From an uncultured virus (IMG/VR IMGVR_UViG_3300049460_000260) (taxonomy: Duplodnaviria > Heunggongvirae > Uroviricota > Caudoviricetes), in the IMG/VR virus record IMGVR_UViG_3300049460_000260: a stretch of 64,000 bases of DNA. One strand, written 5' to 3'. Position numbers and translations under genes: made by a program. This document shows, one piece after another, positions 37,541 to 47,864 of the stretch. The notes below the pieces were generated by a model, which was given only the letters and a program-made list of their open reading frames with translations, was not told the origin of the DNA and searched no databases. The number at the start of each line of letters is the position of its first letter. Positions within the stretch are counted from its first letter, which is position 1.

Positions 37541-39684
37541 TATCCCTTGACTCCAGTTGAGAAGTTGTACAAGAGATCGTTCATACTCTTCGTCAACTGC
37601 TTGTTGACTTCCTCGCCAACTGCCTTGGGATCGGTCGCGCCGTTCACGTTGATGATAATCGGACGTTCTCCGACCGTACGCGATTGCTCACCCGGCTGCT
37701 GGCGGCCAACGACTTCCGCTTGATACTGCCGCATGAGGTCCAGGCCGCGCGATTGGTCGCGCAACTCGGTCTTCAGCTTGGCGTAGTTCTGTGCCGGCAT
37801 ACCGCCAACGGAAAGCTGGCGCTGAAGGTCGTATATGTGGTTGCTGATACCGGCCTGGATCTGGCGCGTGGCCCAGCCTGCGTCGCCTTGCGTAACGCCA
37901 CCGCGCTGGATTTGATCGAGCGGCACGCCCAGGTACGTCGCCACCGATTGCTGCACCTGCCGGGCATTCATCTTCGCGCGACTCTCGCCAATACCGCCAG
38001 AGCCGCCACCGTACGCCGCGCTGATCTTGCTGACGTAGTTCGGATCGCTATTGCCGTTGTAGCCACGTAGCGCGGCTTCTACGTTGCCGTGATTGCGCTG
38101 CAGGAACTCCGCGTAAATCTTTGCGCCTGTGTCAATGTTCGTTTGTGGGTCGCGGTAATCCTTCAGTCCATACGCCTTCTGATTGCCGCGCGTAATCTGC
38201 ATGAGGCCACCCGCACCGGTAGGGCTGACTGCGAGAGGGTCGCCTTTGGACTCCACGCGCATGATCGCGGACAACATCTGTGGATCCAAGTTGTACTTCT
38301 TAGCGGACTGGCTGATGAAATTTGCATAGTTGTTTCCCTGCCAGTTATTCGACCCACCGCCTGACAGAGAGCCATTAGAACTGGATCCTGGAAGGCCAGC
38401 GGCCTTGCCTATTTCGCCAGCCCATGCGGCCCAGGCCTGTTGGATATTGATGGCCGAAGAGAACGACTGGACGGCACCGGCAAACATATTAACTGCCAGG
38501 TTCATCTGATTGGCAGTTTGGAGTCCTTGCTTGTTCGTTGCGTCCATCTTATCGACAGCAGCATCGCGCTTGTCCTGGTCCTTCTTCGCGTCAGCCTTCG
38601 CCTTGGCTTCGTCCGCTGCCTTCTTCTTGGCATCACTGCTTGGGCCAAGGATCATGTCCATGAACTTGCCGGCAACTCCCCACTTGTTATCGTCGGTCTT
38701 GCCTGCGAAGTAGTCGCCGTTGATCATGCTGAATAGGCTCTTCGCGCTTCCCAGGCCACCGGCGGAAAAGTTGCTGGCGGTGCCGATCTTATCACCGGTT
38801 TTCGTCAGAGTCTTTGGGAGAGCGTCCGCGAGCGCCTGCATAACCTTCACCAGCTGCGACATCAGCGGCAAAAGCGGCTCTGCAAGTTCGTTCGATACTT
38901 CGGTGAACTTCTCTTTCAGCTTCTGAAGCTGATCGTTGAAGTTGGACAGGCCTTTTTCTGCGTTCTCGCGCTTGGTGATTTCATCACCAGTCATCTCGGT
39001 GATCTTGCCGATTGACGGGCCAAGCTTTTGCAGCGTCAGCAGCCAATCCTGATTCATTCCGGTCGCCTTGGCAATGCCTTGCACGTCGCCGCGCGACTTG
39101 CCTTGAAGGCCGGATGCCAGCTGCTGCATCTCTTCGTTCAGGCCGGTCGGCGTCTGGCCGCGCTCGCCTACGTTGACTCCGAGCATGCGCATCAGCCGCG
39201 CCTCGCGACCTAGGCGGGAAGGGTCGGCGTAGGCGCTATTGGCCATGCCAGCGAATGTCTTAACGCCTTCGGCGGCTGCGTCGCGGTCCAAGTATCCGCC
39301 TGAACCCTTGACGAACTTGCGCTGGTACTCTTCCATTCGGATGGACGAGACTCCCAGCTGCATCCCTTCGGAGCGTTGGCGGTTGTATTGCTCTCGAAGG
39401 TCCATGACCATCTTGACTCCGAGAGCAAGCGCGCCAAGTGCAGCTGTGGCTACAGCGAATTCCGCGCCCATCGCTTTGACGGCGCTCGACACCGCGTTGA
39501 CGCCTGGGACAAGCCGTCCAAGTTCGCTGGCGGCATCACCGGCAAACTTCTTAACGTCGCTCGCGCCTTTTGCAGCCTTCGTGCCGACACCACTCATCTT
39601 GTCCTGCAGCTTCTCCAGCCGCGCGACAGAATCCTTTAGGTCAACTTGATACTGCAGAACGAACTTGTCCAGATCGTCAGACAT
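37540..39684 (-). CDS. tape measure protein with lytic transglycosylase (SLT) domain
   Basis: helical N-terminal part; AIMRVES, GAGGLMQI, ALRGYNG. Confidence 0.85.
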   Translation of the reverse strand: MSDDLDKFVLQYQVDLKDSVARLEKLQDKMSGVGTKAAKGASDVKKFAGDAASELGRLVPGVNAVSSAVKAMGAEFAVATAALGALALGVKMVMDLREQYNRQRSEGMQLGVSSIRMEEYQRKFVKGSGGYLDRDAAAEGVKTFAGMANSAYADPSRLGREARLMRMLGVNVGERGQTPTGLNEEMQQLASGLQGKSRGDVQGIAKATGMNQDWLLTLQKLGPSIGKITEMTGDEITKRENAEKGLSNFNDQLQKLKEKFTEVSNELAEPLLPLMSQLVKVMQALADALPKTLTKTGDKIGTASNFSAGGLGSAKSLFSMINGDYFAGKTDDNKWGVAGKFMDMILGPSSDAKKKAADEAKAKADAKKDQDKRDAAVDKMDATNKQGLQTANQMNLAVNMFAGAVQSFSSAINIQQAWAAWAGEIGKAAGLPGSSSNGSLSGGGSNNWQGNNYANFISQSAKKYNLDPQMLSAIMRVESKGDPLAVSPTGAGGLMQITRGNQKAYGLKDYRDPQTNIDTGAKIYAEFLQRNHGNVEAALRGYNGNSDPNYVSKISAAYGGGSGGIGESRAKMNARQVQQSVATYLGVPLDQIQRGGVTQGDAGWATRQIQAGISNHIYDLQRQLSVGGMPAQNYAKLKTELRDQSRGLDLMRQYQAEVVGRQQPGEQSRTVGERPIIINVNGATDPKAVGEEVNKQLTKSMNDLLYNFSTGVKG

Positions 39685-39686
39685 TA

Positions 39687-40097
39687 CTACTCCTTATTCA
39701 CCATCTGGAAAGCGGGTCCAAGCAGCTGCGAGCACTCGGCAACGAACGCCGTGGCCATTTCGGAGCCTGCCTTGGCCCAGTAGTTCGGCTGATCGGCGTG
39801 CGTCTTGGGATCGATACCGTTTTGGCGCAGCGTCTCTTCGAACACCGCCTGGATGTTTTGCCACGACATGAGATGGTTGTCGATGACCGCAGGCACGTTC
39901 AGCGGCAACTCGCGATCATCGATGATAACTTTGGAATACGAAAGGACTTCGAGCGTATAGCCGCGCCGGAACTCTTTGTCAGAACTTGCCGCGAATTCGA
40001 TGAAGCGCTGCTGAATATCCCAGCCGTCAAGCGCAGGGAAGTGGCCGATAGAGATGGATTTTACTAGGCCGGTCGGCGTCGTGATTTCAATGTTCAT
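39687..40097 (-). CDS. tail assembly chaperone
   Basis: directly upstream of tape measure; 136 aa. Confidence 0.6.
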   Translation of the reverse strand: MNIEITTPTGLVKSISIGHFPALDGWDIQQRFIEFAASSDKEFRRGYTLEVLSYSKVIIDDRELPLNVPAVIDNHLMSWQNIQAVFEETLRQNGIDPKTHADQPNYWAKAGSEMATAFVAECSQLLGPAFQMVNKE

Positions 40098-40180
40098 GTG
40101 AGGGTCGGAAGGCGGTCCAGGTTGCAATATTATGACCGCCTTCCGTGTACTACTGACGCGCAGACTCGCGCCTCTGCTGA

Positions 40181-40342
40181 TTACATTTGTACCGGCGGCA
40201 AACCAGGCAACGCGTTCCCAGCCTGCAGCCAGCGTATGAAGTCTTGGAAGTCGGTGTTGTTGAAGTCAAGCGGGATATACGCACCATCCGAACGCAGGAC
40301 GTTGCATGCTGGAAATGCAATGATAAGCGTGTAAGTGAACAT
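40181..40342 (-). CDS. small tail-fibre assembly/chaperone-like protein (53 aa, not in ORF track)
   Basis: AGGAG RBS; DGAYIPLDFNNTDFQDFIRWLQAGN. Confidence 0.65.
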   Translation of the reverse strand: MFTYTLIIAFPACNVLRSDGAYIPLDFNNTDFQDFIRWLQAGNALPGLPPVQM

Positions 40343-40356
40343 ATAGCACTCCTAAG

Positions 40357-42105
40357 TTAAAGTTCAACTGAATTCTGAAGAGTCGCCGTCACCGATCCAA
40401 CGGTTGTCTGAGCAGTGTACGTTATTGCAACGCCTGCTGCAGAAGATGCTTGAAGCGAGTTGAATGTTGCAGCAGAGGCCGACCCGCTATAAACCGCATT
40501 AACAACAGTCGAACTCGGTATGCCGCGCATCGTTCTTGGGAACGTTATGGTTGTGGATGCGATGGTGCCTGCGGACGATAGAAAGACATCGACTCGGTAT
40601 GAATTGAAACTGAAGTAGCGTTGGCAAAGCGCAACCTCCGTTTCTATCGGGCGATGCTTGAACTGGGTTGAGATTGACCCGCCTTCGAGTTTAAGTTCAG
40701 TCATCGCAATGGTCGCGCCGACTGTCGCCGACCATTGCACCGTTCCGGTGGTTGCGATGAAGTTTCCTGCCTGCCACGCGGCGCTCGCTGTACCGCTGAA
40801 TGTTCCGCTGTTCTGCGCTCCGATCCACACCACCAAACCGGTCGTGTTATTGCACGGTATGGTTGCGCCAGCAGGAATTGCTGGAACGGATATCGTAAAT
40901 AGCTGCGGCGTGTTAGCGGCGGCGACTGTGATGGTTGTAAGGTATGTGAATGCGCTTGCAGCGTCGATCAAAGCGACAGCGTAAGTGCCGGCAATACTGG
41001 CTTGAAAGATGAAGCTGATCGCAACAGGCTGACCGACCAAATCATATACATCATAACCTTCGATACGATAGTTAAATCCACTCCAAAAATTAGTGCCGGT
41101 TATGCTGGTGGCAGCTGCGGTCGCCGTCTGAAGCACCGCAGGCTTAACGATTCCACCGAATGTGATGGTTGAAGCGGATTGCGTGACCGTACCGCCAGCC
41201 GCGCTGTTTGACACCCGGAAACGGTCAGGCCCACCGTATCCATTCACGTTGTTGGTGGCGACGATGGATACGCGTTGCTGCACGCGGCAGCCACCGTTAA
41301 TGATCCGGTTATCGGATAGCAACGAAAACGGATTCACGTTGCCGGTATCATACGGCGTGTTGCCGTTGAATACCGGGCGAACGCTCATGGTCTGTTGCGC
41401 GGCCCACGTATTCGCGCCGTTCAGAAGAGGAACGGTTGCGCCGCTCGTTCCGGTATTCTGCGTTGCGGCAGTCCCAAGGCCAAGGTTCGATCTGGCAGTT
41501 GGGACGCTGTTGACATCCGACAGGTTGTTGGCCTTGAGCAGAACGCCTGCGGTCCCTGACGTTGCCTGAGTCGTTCCGTCTGCGAACGTAAGGACGCCTC
41601 CAGCGGACAATGTCAAGCCACCGACCGTGGCAACTCCCGTAACTCCGAGCGCGCCGCCAACGTTGGCGTTTTTGGACACACCTAAGCCACCGGCAACTGT
41701 AGCCGCGCCGGTAGTCGCGCTCGTGGATTGGGTCGTCGCCGTAACAACCGCGCTGCCAGTCGTTGTTATTCCAGCAACTCCGACGTTGCCGCCAACGTTG
41801 ACGTTCTTTACGACGCCGACACCGCCAGCGACCGTAACGGCACCGGTTGTAGTGCTGGTCGAATCGGTCGCGCCGGACACGACGACCGCGCCGCCAACTT
41901 GAACGTCGCCGCCTACGCCTACGCCACCAGCGACCGTTACAGCGCCGGTGGTGGGCGAAGTCGTCGGCGTCGTGCCTGAGACGTTGAAGCTGGTCAGACC
42001 GGTGACCGAGCCGCCTGTGATGTTCGCTGCAGCGTTGTCGGTCTTCGCATCGAGAGAAGCGTTGAGTTCAGCTGCGGTGAGAATCTGCCCTGGTGTATAG
42101 CTCAT
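40357..42105 (-). CDS. second tail fibre / receptor-binding protein
   Basis: Gly/Thr/Val repeats, NNLSDV..ARSNLGLG, NRIING..QR, ELKLEGG...EVALCQRY. Confidence 0.8.
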   Translation of the reverse strand: MSYTPGQILTAAELNASLDAKTDNAAANITGGSVTGLTSFNVSGTTPTTSPTTGAVTVAGGVGVGGDVQVGGAVVVSGATDSTSTTTGAVTVAGGVGVVKNVNVGGNVGVAGITTTGSAVVTATTQSTSATTGAATVAGGLGVSKNANVGGALGVTGVATVGGLTLSAGGVLTFADGTTQATSGTAGVLLKANNLSDVNSVPTARSNLGLGTAATQNTGTSGATVPLLNGANTWAAQQTMSVRPVFNGNTPYDTGNVNPFSLLSDNRIINGGCRVQQRVSIVATNNVNGYGGPDRFRVSNSAAGGTVTQSASTITFGGIVKPAVLQTATAAATSITGTNFWSGFNYRIEGYDVYDLVGQPVAISFIFQASIAGTYAVALIDAASAFTYLTTITVAAANTPQLFTISVPAIPAGATIPCNNTTGLVVWIGAQNSGTFSGTASAAWQAGNFIATTGTVQWSATVGATIAMTELKLEGGSISTQFKHRPIETEVALCQRYFSFNSYRVDVFLSSAGTIASTTITFPRTMRGIPSSTVVNAVYSGSASAATFNSLQASSAAGVAITYTAQTTVGSVTATLQNSVEL

Positions 42106-42737
42106 AGTTTGCTTGAATCAAGAGTGAATAGGCCACCAATCGAATCGATAAGCGCACCGGGCGTTGGTATGGACGGAAAATTAACCGCAGATGAAACGGC
42201 CTTAGTCAACGTCGCCAGCGGCACGACGCTAGGCGGCGACTGGATGCTTACTCCGTACACCGAAGCATCGGCGCTTTGTGATGGCGCAAATCCAGAATTG
42301 GCAGGCGGCTGCGCTTGCTCAAACGTCATGATGACGCGAGTTGCAGACAGCATCTCACCGGACTGCTCCAGATCGACTGACGTCAACGCTAAGAACGCCG
42401 TAATAATCGATTTGGTGTTGATCGATATTGTAACGGTTTCATCCAGGAAGGTCGCGATAATGTCCTGGACCGTCGAGATGTTATCACTCAGCGCCGTAAC
42501 GCGAAGGCGCGAAGGCTGGATGATCTTCACAGCCTCCAGGTCAGCTGCGAGAACGGACTGGTACGTGGCAGAATCGGTCGTGCTGCTATTCGCCATCGGC
42601 GCATCGGTGTTGCTGCTGCCGCTCTGAATCTCGACATCGACAATGCCGAGATCAGCCCAAACGACTTCGTTGGTCACCTCATTCGTCGCGATGAATGACG
42701 GCTTGCTGAGGATGGTCGAGAGGATCGAATTGGACAT
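42102..42737 (-). CDS. tail/baseplate structural protein (Dit-like)
   Basis: tail module context; N-terminus similar to the next ORF. Confidence 0.6.
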   Translation of the reverse strand: MSNSILSTILSKPSFIATNEVTNEVVWADLGIVDVEIQSGSSNTDAPMANSSTTDSATYQSVLAADLEAVKIIQPSRLRVTALSDNISTVQDIIATFLDETVTISINTKSIITAFLALTSVDLEQSGEMLSATRVIMTFEQAQPPANSGFAPSQSADASVYGVSIQSPPSVVPLATLTKAVSSAVNFPSIPTPGALIDSIGGLFTLDSSKL

Positions 42738-42738
42738 G

Positions 42739-43302
42739 TCACAAACCCGTATTCGAGATCACGCGCTGCGCCAGTTGCTGCGCAGTCAACGCGGCGCTAT
42801 TAACCGCGCTCTGTGCCGACTGGAGAGCCGTGTTTACGGTCTGGATGCCCTTGTCCAGAATGGAAGAGTCTGCCGGTTGCTCTGTTACGGGACTAGCCGC
42901 GCCAGATTGCCTCAGCAGCTGCTTCAAAACGATCCGCACTGGGTTCGCAGAGATAACGTCAGGGGTTTGCTTGATCGCGTTCTCTTCAGCCATAGTCTGG
43001 TCCATAACGATGCCCTTGGACGTGACTTTATAGACCGAATCTCGATCCAGGATCAGCGCGTTGACAAGCGCGAGGTCACTCAGAGTCTCGCAGAATGCGT
43101 CAATCTCCACGTAAGCCGGTACGATGATTCGAGCGTCAACGATGCTGTTGCCGTCTTCGCGCATGTGGCGAAGGGCGCGCGCGCGAAACTTGAAGCTGAC
43201 CTTGACCACCTTCAAGTTGGCTGCAACGTCGATGCCGGTCTGGCTGTTGACGATGGTCAACGCTGCCTTGGACAGTATCGTGGAAAGGACTGTGGCCGGC
43301 AT
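42739..43302 (-). CDS. tail/baseplate structural protein (Dit-like)
   Basis: HMREDG..IVD...VP motif. Confidence 0.6.
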   Translation of the reverse strand: MPATVLSTILSKAALTIVNSQTGIDVAANLKVVKVSFKFRARALRHMREDGNSIVDARIIVPAYVEIDAFCETLSDLALVNALILDRDSVYKVTSKGIVMDQTMAEENAIKQTPDVISANPVRIVLKQLLRQSGAASPVTEQPADSSILDKGIQTVNTALQSAQSAVNSAALTAQQLAQRVISNTGL

Positions 43303-43800
43303 TTATAGCAACGCCAGGCCAGCACGCGCGACCGTTGCCGCGAGTTCGGTAAAACTCTGCGCGCCAGCGAACGTTCCGAAGACGAAGTGGTAGGCGTTGC
43401 CTTTCTTACGCCCGCCGGATGAGATGCTGTCCGCGAGCGCGCCGCTGAGGATGCCACCGCCAGAAAGGACCACGCGCCCACCGTCCGGATACGTGATGAT
43501 CATGGTCGTAGTATCTGGCAGCGGCAGGATGTGCGGAGACGACTTGCGCGCCTGCATGAGAATCTTCAGGTTGATGTCGTCGTCTGTGTTCGGAATAATG
43601 CCGACCGACAGAAGCACTGGCGAGGTCTTATCGAAGATGAAGATATTTCCGTCATACAGCTTCTCGTATCCGGACACTTCGACTTCTTCGATGGCAAGCG
43701 GGTCTTCGTCGTCAGCGAATGAGGTGAGTTGGAACCCCACCGGAAAGCTGCTGGTGGCAACAACGGTGATTCCAGTGCCGAATGCGCTGACGTCGATCAT
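43303..43800 (-). CDS. tail tube-like protein (paralogue)
   Basis: DVSAFG..SSFPVG...FADDEDPL..DDINL aligns by eye with 44702-45163. Confidence 0.75.
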   Translation of the reverse strand: MIDVSAFGTGITVVATSSFPVGFQLTSFADDEDPLAIEEVEVSGYEKLYDGNIFIFDKTSPVLLSVGIIPNTDDDINLKILMQARKSSPHILPLPDTTTMIITYPDGGRVVLSGGGILSGALADSISSGGRKKGNAYHFVFGTFAGAQSFTELAATVARAGLALL

Positions 43801-43809
43801 ACGTAGTCC

Positions 43810-43998
43810 TTACTTTGCCTCTTCCGCAGGCGCGGCATCTTCTGCCTTGGTCGTCGGATGCTGAATGACTTCAGGCGCAGGTCCGGTTGCGGTAATCGGG
43901 TGCGACAGTGCGCCGTTCACAGCGGCTTCTTCACCAACGACAGGCGCAGCGCTCGCGCGAATCGTGATTACGCCGTGGCCGGTTTGGATAGCGGGCAT
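43810..43998 (-). CDS. small hypothetical protein
   Basis: AAGGAG RBS; 62 aa. Confidence 0.6.
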   Translation of the reverse strand: MPAIQTGHGVITIRASAAPVVGEEAAVNGALSHPITATGPAPEVIQHPTTKAEDAAPAEEAK

Positions 43999-44007
43999 GG
44001 AGACTCC

Positions 44008-44370
44008 TTAAGGGGTTGGTGTCGAACCGACTGAGACCGGGCCATAGATCGTATGGACATCGGCCTCGTAATCGAAGTTTTCGCCGTCGATGGTGATGTC
44101 CAGAGACTTGATGCTTAGGACATCAGGACATTCCAGGATGTTTGTCGAGAGCGATTGCCGCGCGGCGTCGTAGTCCGGTTGCGGCGTGAAGATCGTGCCG
44201 AAGTAGTCAACGCCGTCGCCAGTGTTGTACTGGTTTTCGCCAAGGCGCATGAGCACCTTTTGCGTAATATTTTGGGCGCATGCGGGCGCACCGCTGATGA
44301 AGGCCAGGTTGCGACCGTCCACCAGAAAGAGGTCGTTATTTTCGTTGCACTGAAGAGTGAGTGTGGCCAT
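44008..44370 (-). CDS. baseplate sheath-initiator (gp25-like)
   Basis: GENQYNTGDGVDY, TIYG. Confidence 0.7.
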   Translation of the reverse strand: MATLTLQCNENNDLFLVDGRNLAFISGAPACAQNITQKVLMRLGENQYNTGDGVDYFGTIFTPQPDYDAARQSLSTNILECPDVLSIKSLDITIDGENFDYEADVHTIYGPVSVGSTPTP

Positions 44371-44696
44371 CAGATGACTCCTTCATTCAATGCCGCAACG
44401 AAAATAGCAAGCTCATCCTGCTCCAGATAATACAGGTTGCAGGATGCGCCGAACTCGGTCCAATCGGCGTCCGAATCAAACGCGAAGTTTCCCAGGTTCG
44501 GCGCAAACATGTAGGAGTACTGCATAAGCGGAATCCCACCAAAGCACCGAATCCCATCCAAGATTTTCACGCCGTTCTTGGAGATATCCGCGCACATGAA
44601 GTTGATGGTCTGATAGACGTGAATCGTCCACAGAACACCATCCGCATTAAACGACACGGATTGATTCGGCACCTGCGACAGCGGGATTGCCAGCAT
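44370..44696 (-). CDS. baseplate plug-like protein
   Basis: IPLSQVPNQS..., GNFAF, FG...LYY. Confidence 0.65.
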   Translation of the reverse strand: MLAIPLSQVPNQSVSFNADGVLWTIHVYQTINFMCADISKNGVKILDGIRCFGGIPLMQYSYMFAPNLGNFAFDSDADWTEFGASCNLYYLEQDELAIFVAALNEGVI

Positions 44697-44701
44697 AGCA
44701 A

Positions 44702-45163
44702 TTAGCTCGAAGGCGCGACGTTCTGACGTTGCACTTGGCCGAAGCGGAACACAAAACGCTTCGACTTCGCGCGGCCATTGGCCGAACCCGATTGCACGAC
44801 CGGGCCAGTGCTCAACTTGCCTTCGGTGCACGTCACCTTCATGCCGTTGGGGTACGTGAACACGATCTGGCAGACGTCACGCGCGGACGACTTGCCCTTG
44901 GCCACGCGGTTCGCGTCCACGAGTGCCGTCAGGTTGATGTCGTCTTGCGACTGCGGAATCACGTTCATCGTGATCTCGATCAGCTGCGGACGCGTCCAGG
45001 TGATCACGTCGCCGTTCGGACCCATCGCCATGTCGGCAATGTCCAGGTCCGGTGAGTCGAGCGGGTCTGCGTCGTCCGCGAAGGCGGTGACCGTCGTGCC
45101 GTTCGGAAAGGTGTTGGACGCGACGACTTGCGCGCTCAACCCAAAAATGCTGATATCTTCCAT
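44702..45163 (-). CDS. tail tube protein
   Basis: follows the sheath gene; TFPNG..VTAFADDADPLD. Confidence 0.8.
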   Translation of the reverse strand: MEDISIFGLSAQVVASNTFPNGTTVTAFADDADPLDSPDLDIADMAMGPNGDVITWTRPQLIEITMNVIPQSQDDINLTALVDANRVAKGKSSARDVCQIVFTYPNGMKVTCTEGKLSTGPVVQSGSANGRAKSKRFVFRFGQVQRQNVAPSS

Positions 45164-45244
45164 TTACAACTCCGTGAAGTGGTCCGATTATACCGGCGCG
45201 GCTGATGTCCCAAACACTCAGGAGACGCCAGCCGCGAGCGCCGT

Positions 45245-46765
45245 TTAGATCAGTACGTCGCTGCCGTTAACAGCGCGGATTGCATCGCTCTTCGCGTACA
45301 CGAACTGGTAGTTGGCCACCCATTCTTCCAGGTCGCTGTTCGGGTTCGTTTGCGATGTGAACGTGATGCTCAGCCAGTAGCCAAGCGTCTGCACCTGACG
45401 CCACGCGTTCGCATCACCGGTGATCTGCGTGATGAAGAGTTGCTGCACTGCGCTCAACGTCTTGCCAGCGGAGATCACGCCGTTGGTTTGCGCCAGCGTG
45501 ATCGTCGGTTGCATCACGCCCAGAAGCATGGCCGCGCCAATCGGGTCTGCCGGCACTTCCGGAACGTTCAGGAAGAGGCTCATGAAGTTCGCGGCGAACG
45601 CCGACTTCAGCCACATCTCGTTGGCGAACGTGTTCATGTCCACCGCAGCCGTCGAGCCACCACACAGAACGCCGCGCTGGTAGAACGCGAGTTGCTGACC
45701 GGCGCTTTGCGTCACGCCGATGTAGTTGCCGCGCGAGGCGTCCACGGTATCCGCCGTGGTATCGTCGCTCACCGTGATGTTGCGGTTTGCGAACTGATAG
45801 AACATGTAGTTCTGCGACGCTGCTGCCGCACTGTAATTCGTTGCGGCCAGAATCTCGCAAGGCGACTGCTCGATGAAGTCGTTGGCCTGCGTCGTGGACA
45901 GGATGTTGATCGCCACGCCGCTGAAGCCCTTGATCAGTGCAAAGAGCGTCTGCAGATTCGCGAGCGGCGTTGCCAGCGAATAGATGAACTTGTTGTTCTG
46001 GCTGTCGGTCCACTGCGAGATCGCGGCAATCTGCGAATTGGTGAGAGGCGTGGAAGGCGTGCAGTAGACAAACGAACCGAAGTTGTCGCTGATTCCGGCC
46101 GATTTGGACACTGCTACGTCAGCGGTATCAGCCGCCTGCCCAGCAACGAGGATCGTGCCGCCTGTCGTCCAACCAAGAAGCGCGGACACGTCCGTGGTCA
46201 GGCCGGTCGGAGTCGCGGACAGCGTACCAGCGCCAGGCGAGGAACCCGTCAGAACGAACTGGTTGGTGTTGGTGTTGAACGACACCGTGCAGGTCGCCAG
46301 CTGCGAGTCCGACACAGCGCGGAGAGCCGTCTGCAGGATCGCCGCGACCTGCGTCAACGTGGTCGCGGCGGAGAAGTCCAGCCCTGTGACCGGCAGCGCG
46401 GTCGCACCGTCGTTGATCGTCAGCGTACCGGCTGAGATGGCAACGAACGCGGCCAGCACCTTCGCGATGGTATCGCCAACGATCATCGGAGCAATCGCCG
46501 CCGATACCCAACGCGCAAACGAGATGCGCGCAGGCGACGTGATCGACTTGCTGATGAACGAGAAGTAGGCGAGCGCGCGAAAGTACTCTTCCGACTGGGT
46601 GCCGAAGTACGCGCCGACTGCTGTGGCGTTTTGGAACTCGGCCACGAGACCAGGCGGCAGCAAGTTGTTCTGGGTGATCGCGCGCATGATCAACTGGCGC
46701 TGTGCTACCGCTGCGCCAGCGCCCACGCCGGATACGATTTTGATATAACGGGACTGGCTAATCAC
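45245..46765 (-). CDS. contractile tail sheath protein (DUF3383-like)
   Basis: 506 aa; YFGTQSEEY, NEMWLKS, YAKSDAIRAVNGS. Confidence 0.85.
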   Translation of the reverse strand: MISQSRYIKIVSGVGAGAAVAQRQLIMRAITQNNLLPPGLVAEFQNATAVGAYFGTQSEEYFRALAYFSFISKSITSPARISFARWVSAAIAPMIVGDTIAKVLAAFVAISAGTLTINDGATALPVTGLDFSAATTLTQVAAILQTALRAVSDSQLATCTVSFNTNTNQFVLTGSSPGAGTLSATPTGLTTDVSALLGWTTGGTILVAGQAADTADVAVSKSAGISDNFGSFVYCTPSTPLTNSQIAAISQWTDSQNNKFIYSLATPLANLQTLFALIKGFSGVAINILSTTQANDFIEQSPCEILAATNYSAAAASQNYMFYQFANRNITVSDDTTADTVDASRGNYIGVTQSAGQQLAFYQRGVLCGGSTAAVDMNTFANEMWLKSAFAANFMSLFLNVPEVPADPIGAAMLLGVMQPTITLAQTNGVISAGKTLSAVQQLFITQITGDANAWRQVQTLGYWLSITFTSQTNPNSDLEEWVANYQFVYAKSDAIRAVNGSDVLI

Positions 46766-46777
46766 GTTCGTGACTCC

Positions 46778-47281
46778 TTATGGATTGACTTTGCTGGTGA
46801 CACCCTGCCAAAGCTGGGAAGAGTCAATCAGCGGTTTGTTGAAGCCTTTATTTTCGACAGTGGATGCCGCGTTAGGCTCCCAGCCGCCGTCTCTGATGCT
46901 TGTTACGATGCAACCCTCCAGCGCCAGCCCTATTTGACCCAGTGCTTGCTCAGGTTTTATCTTTCCCTTGATCAGCTGATCTGCGATCTTTTTCTGGATC
47001 GACTTACGCGACTTGCCGAACTTCGAGTGCGCCAGCCGCATGAATGGTCGCGCCGGTATCGTGATGGTCTTTTCACCACGATTGATCGTTGCGCCAAACT
47101 CTTGGATGCGCGCGATGCGAGCAATAGGAGTACCAACTAATTTTTCATCAATTGGCTTTCCGTTTGCCCGCGTTCCGGCCTTGTACCGATTTGATTCAAA
47201 CCAACCTGCTTCGACGGATTGACCCTTGAGCGTCTTCAGCGCTTTTATGTGCTTGTCAACAAGGGTTTCACGCTTGGCCAT
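46778..47281 (-). CDS. neck/tail completion protein
   Basis: IQEFGA, IPARPFMR, NAAST..KGFNKPLIDS. Confidence 0.75.
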   Translation of the reverse strand: MAKRETLVDKHIKALKTLKGQSVEAGWFESNRYKAGTRANGKPIDEKLVGTPIARIARIQEFGATINRGEKTITIPARPFMRLAHSKFGKSRKSIQKKIADQLIKGKIKPEQALGQIGLALEGCIVTSIRDGGWEPNAASTVENKGFNKPLIDSSQLWQGVTSKVNP

Positions 47282-47288
47282 TTCAATC

Positions 47289-47861
47289 TCAAGGTAGTAC
47301 TGGGAAGACTCCAGCGCCAGATATGCCGACTACCGTCTTTCCCACCACGACATTCGTTGCGCCGACAGAGAACGTAATCGTTCGCTTGTGCTGCAACACA
47401 ACGTCAAAATTCGCATTCGCTTCGAACAAGTGGCGCTCATCGCGAAAGTAAGGATTCCTTATCTCACCAACGCGAAGACTGCTTACGCCCTGGCCGATCA
47501 ACGTGGCTATGGTACGCCGCGAGTTGATGAATAATTTCATGTAGTTTACTACATCGGCTGCGGTCGGAAGGCTCAGGTTGGTGGGGTCTTGGGGCACAAG
47601 AGCAGACACTTGAAATGTCGTCTCAGTCCATTGCGACTCCGTCTGCACGAATGTATTCGTGGCAGGATCGTACTGGTCATAAGTTACTTCCGGCCACCCA
47701 TAAGCGTGGTCAAACAGCTTCTCGAAGAAGATGGTTGGAGCGGTCGGAATGCCTTCTTGCGTCGGTTGGTCCTTCTGGAGAACGACATAGTTCCACCCAG
47801 CCTGGGCACTAGCGGCTTCTAGCTGGGTTGCGAAGAGATCGATAAGGGCGTTGTCAAGCAT
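47289..47861 (-). CDS. tail terminator / neck protein
   Basis: QPTQEG motif; position in the neck module. Confidence 0.65.
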   Translation of the reverse strand: MLDNALIDLFATQLEAASAQAGWNYVVLQKDQPTQEGIPTAPTIFFEKLFDHAYGWPEVTYDQYDPATNTFVQTESQWTETTFQVSALVPQDPTNLSLPTAADVVNYMKLFINSRRTIATLIGQGVSSLRVGEIRNPYFRDERHLFEANANFDVVLQHKRTITFSVGATNVVVGKTVVGISGAGVFPVLP

Positions 47862-47864
47862 CGG

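Noticed and set aside
31801..42105. Diversity-generating retroelement or invertible tail-fibre cassette
   Set aside because: No reverse transcriptase, invertase or TR/VR pair seen; the short repeats simply encode peptide repeats.
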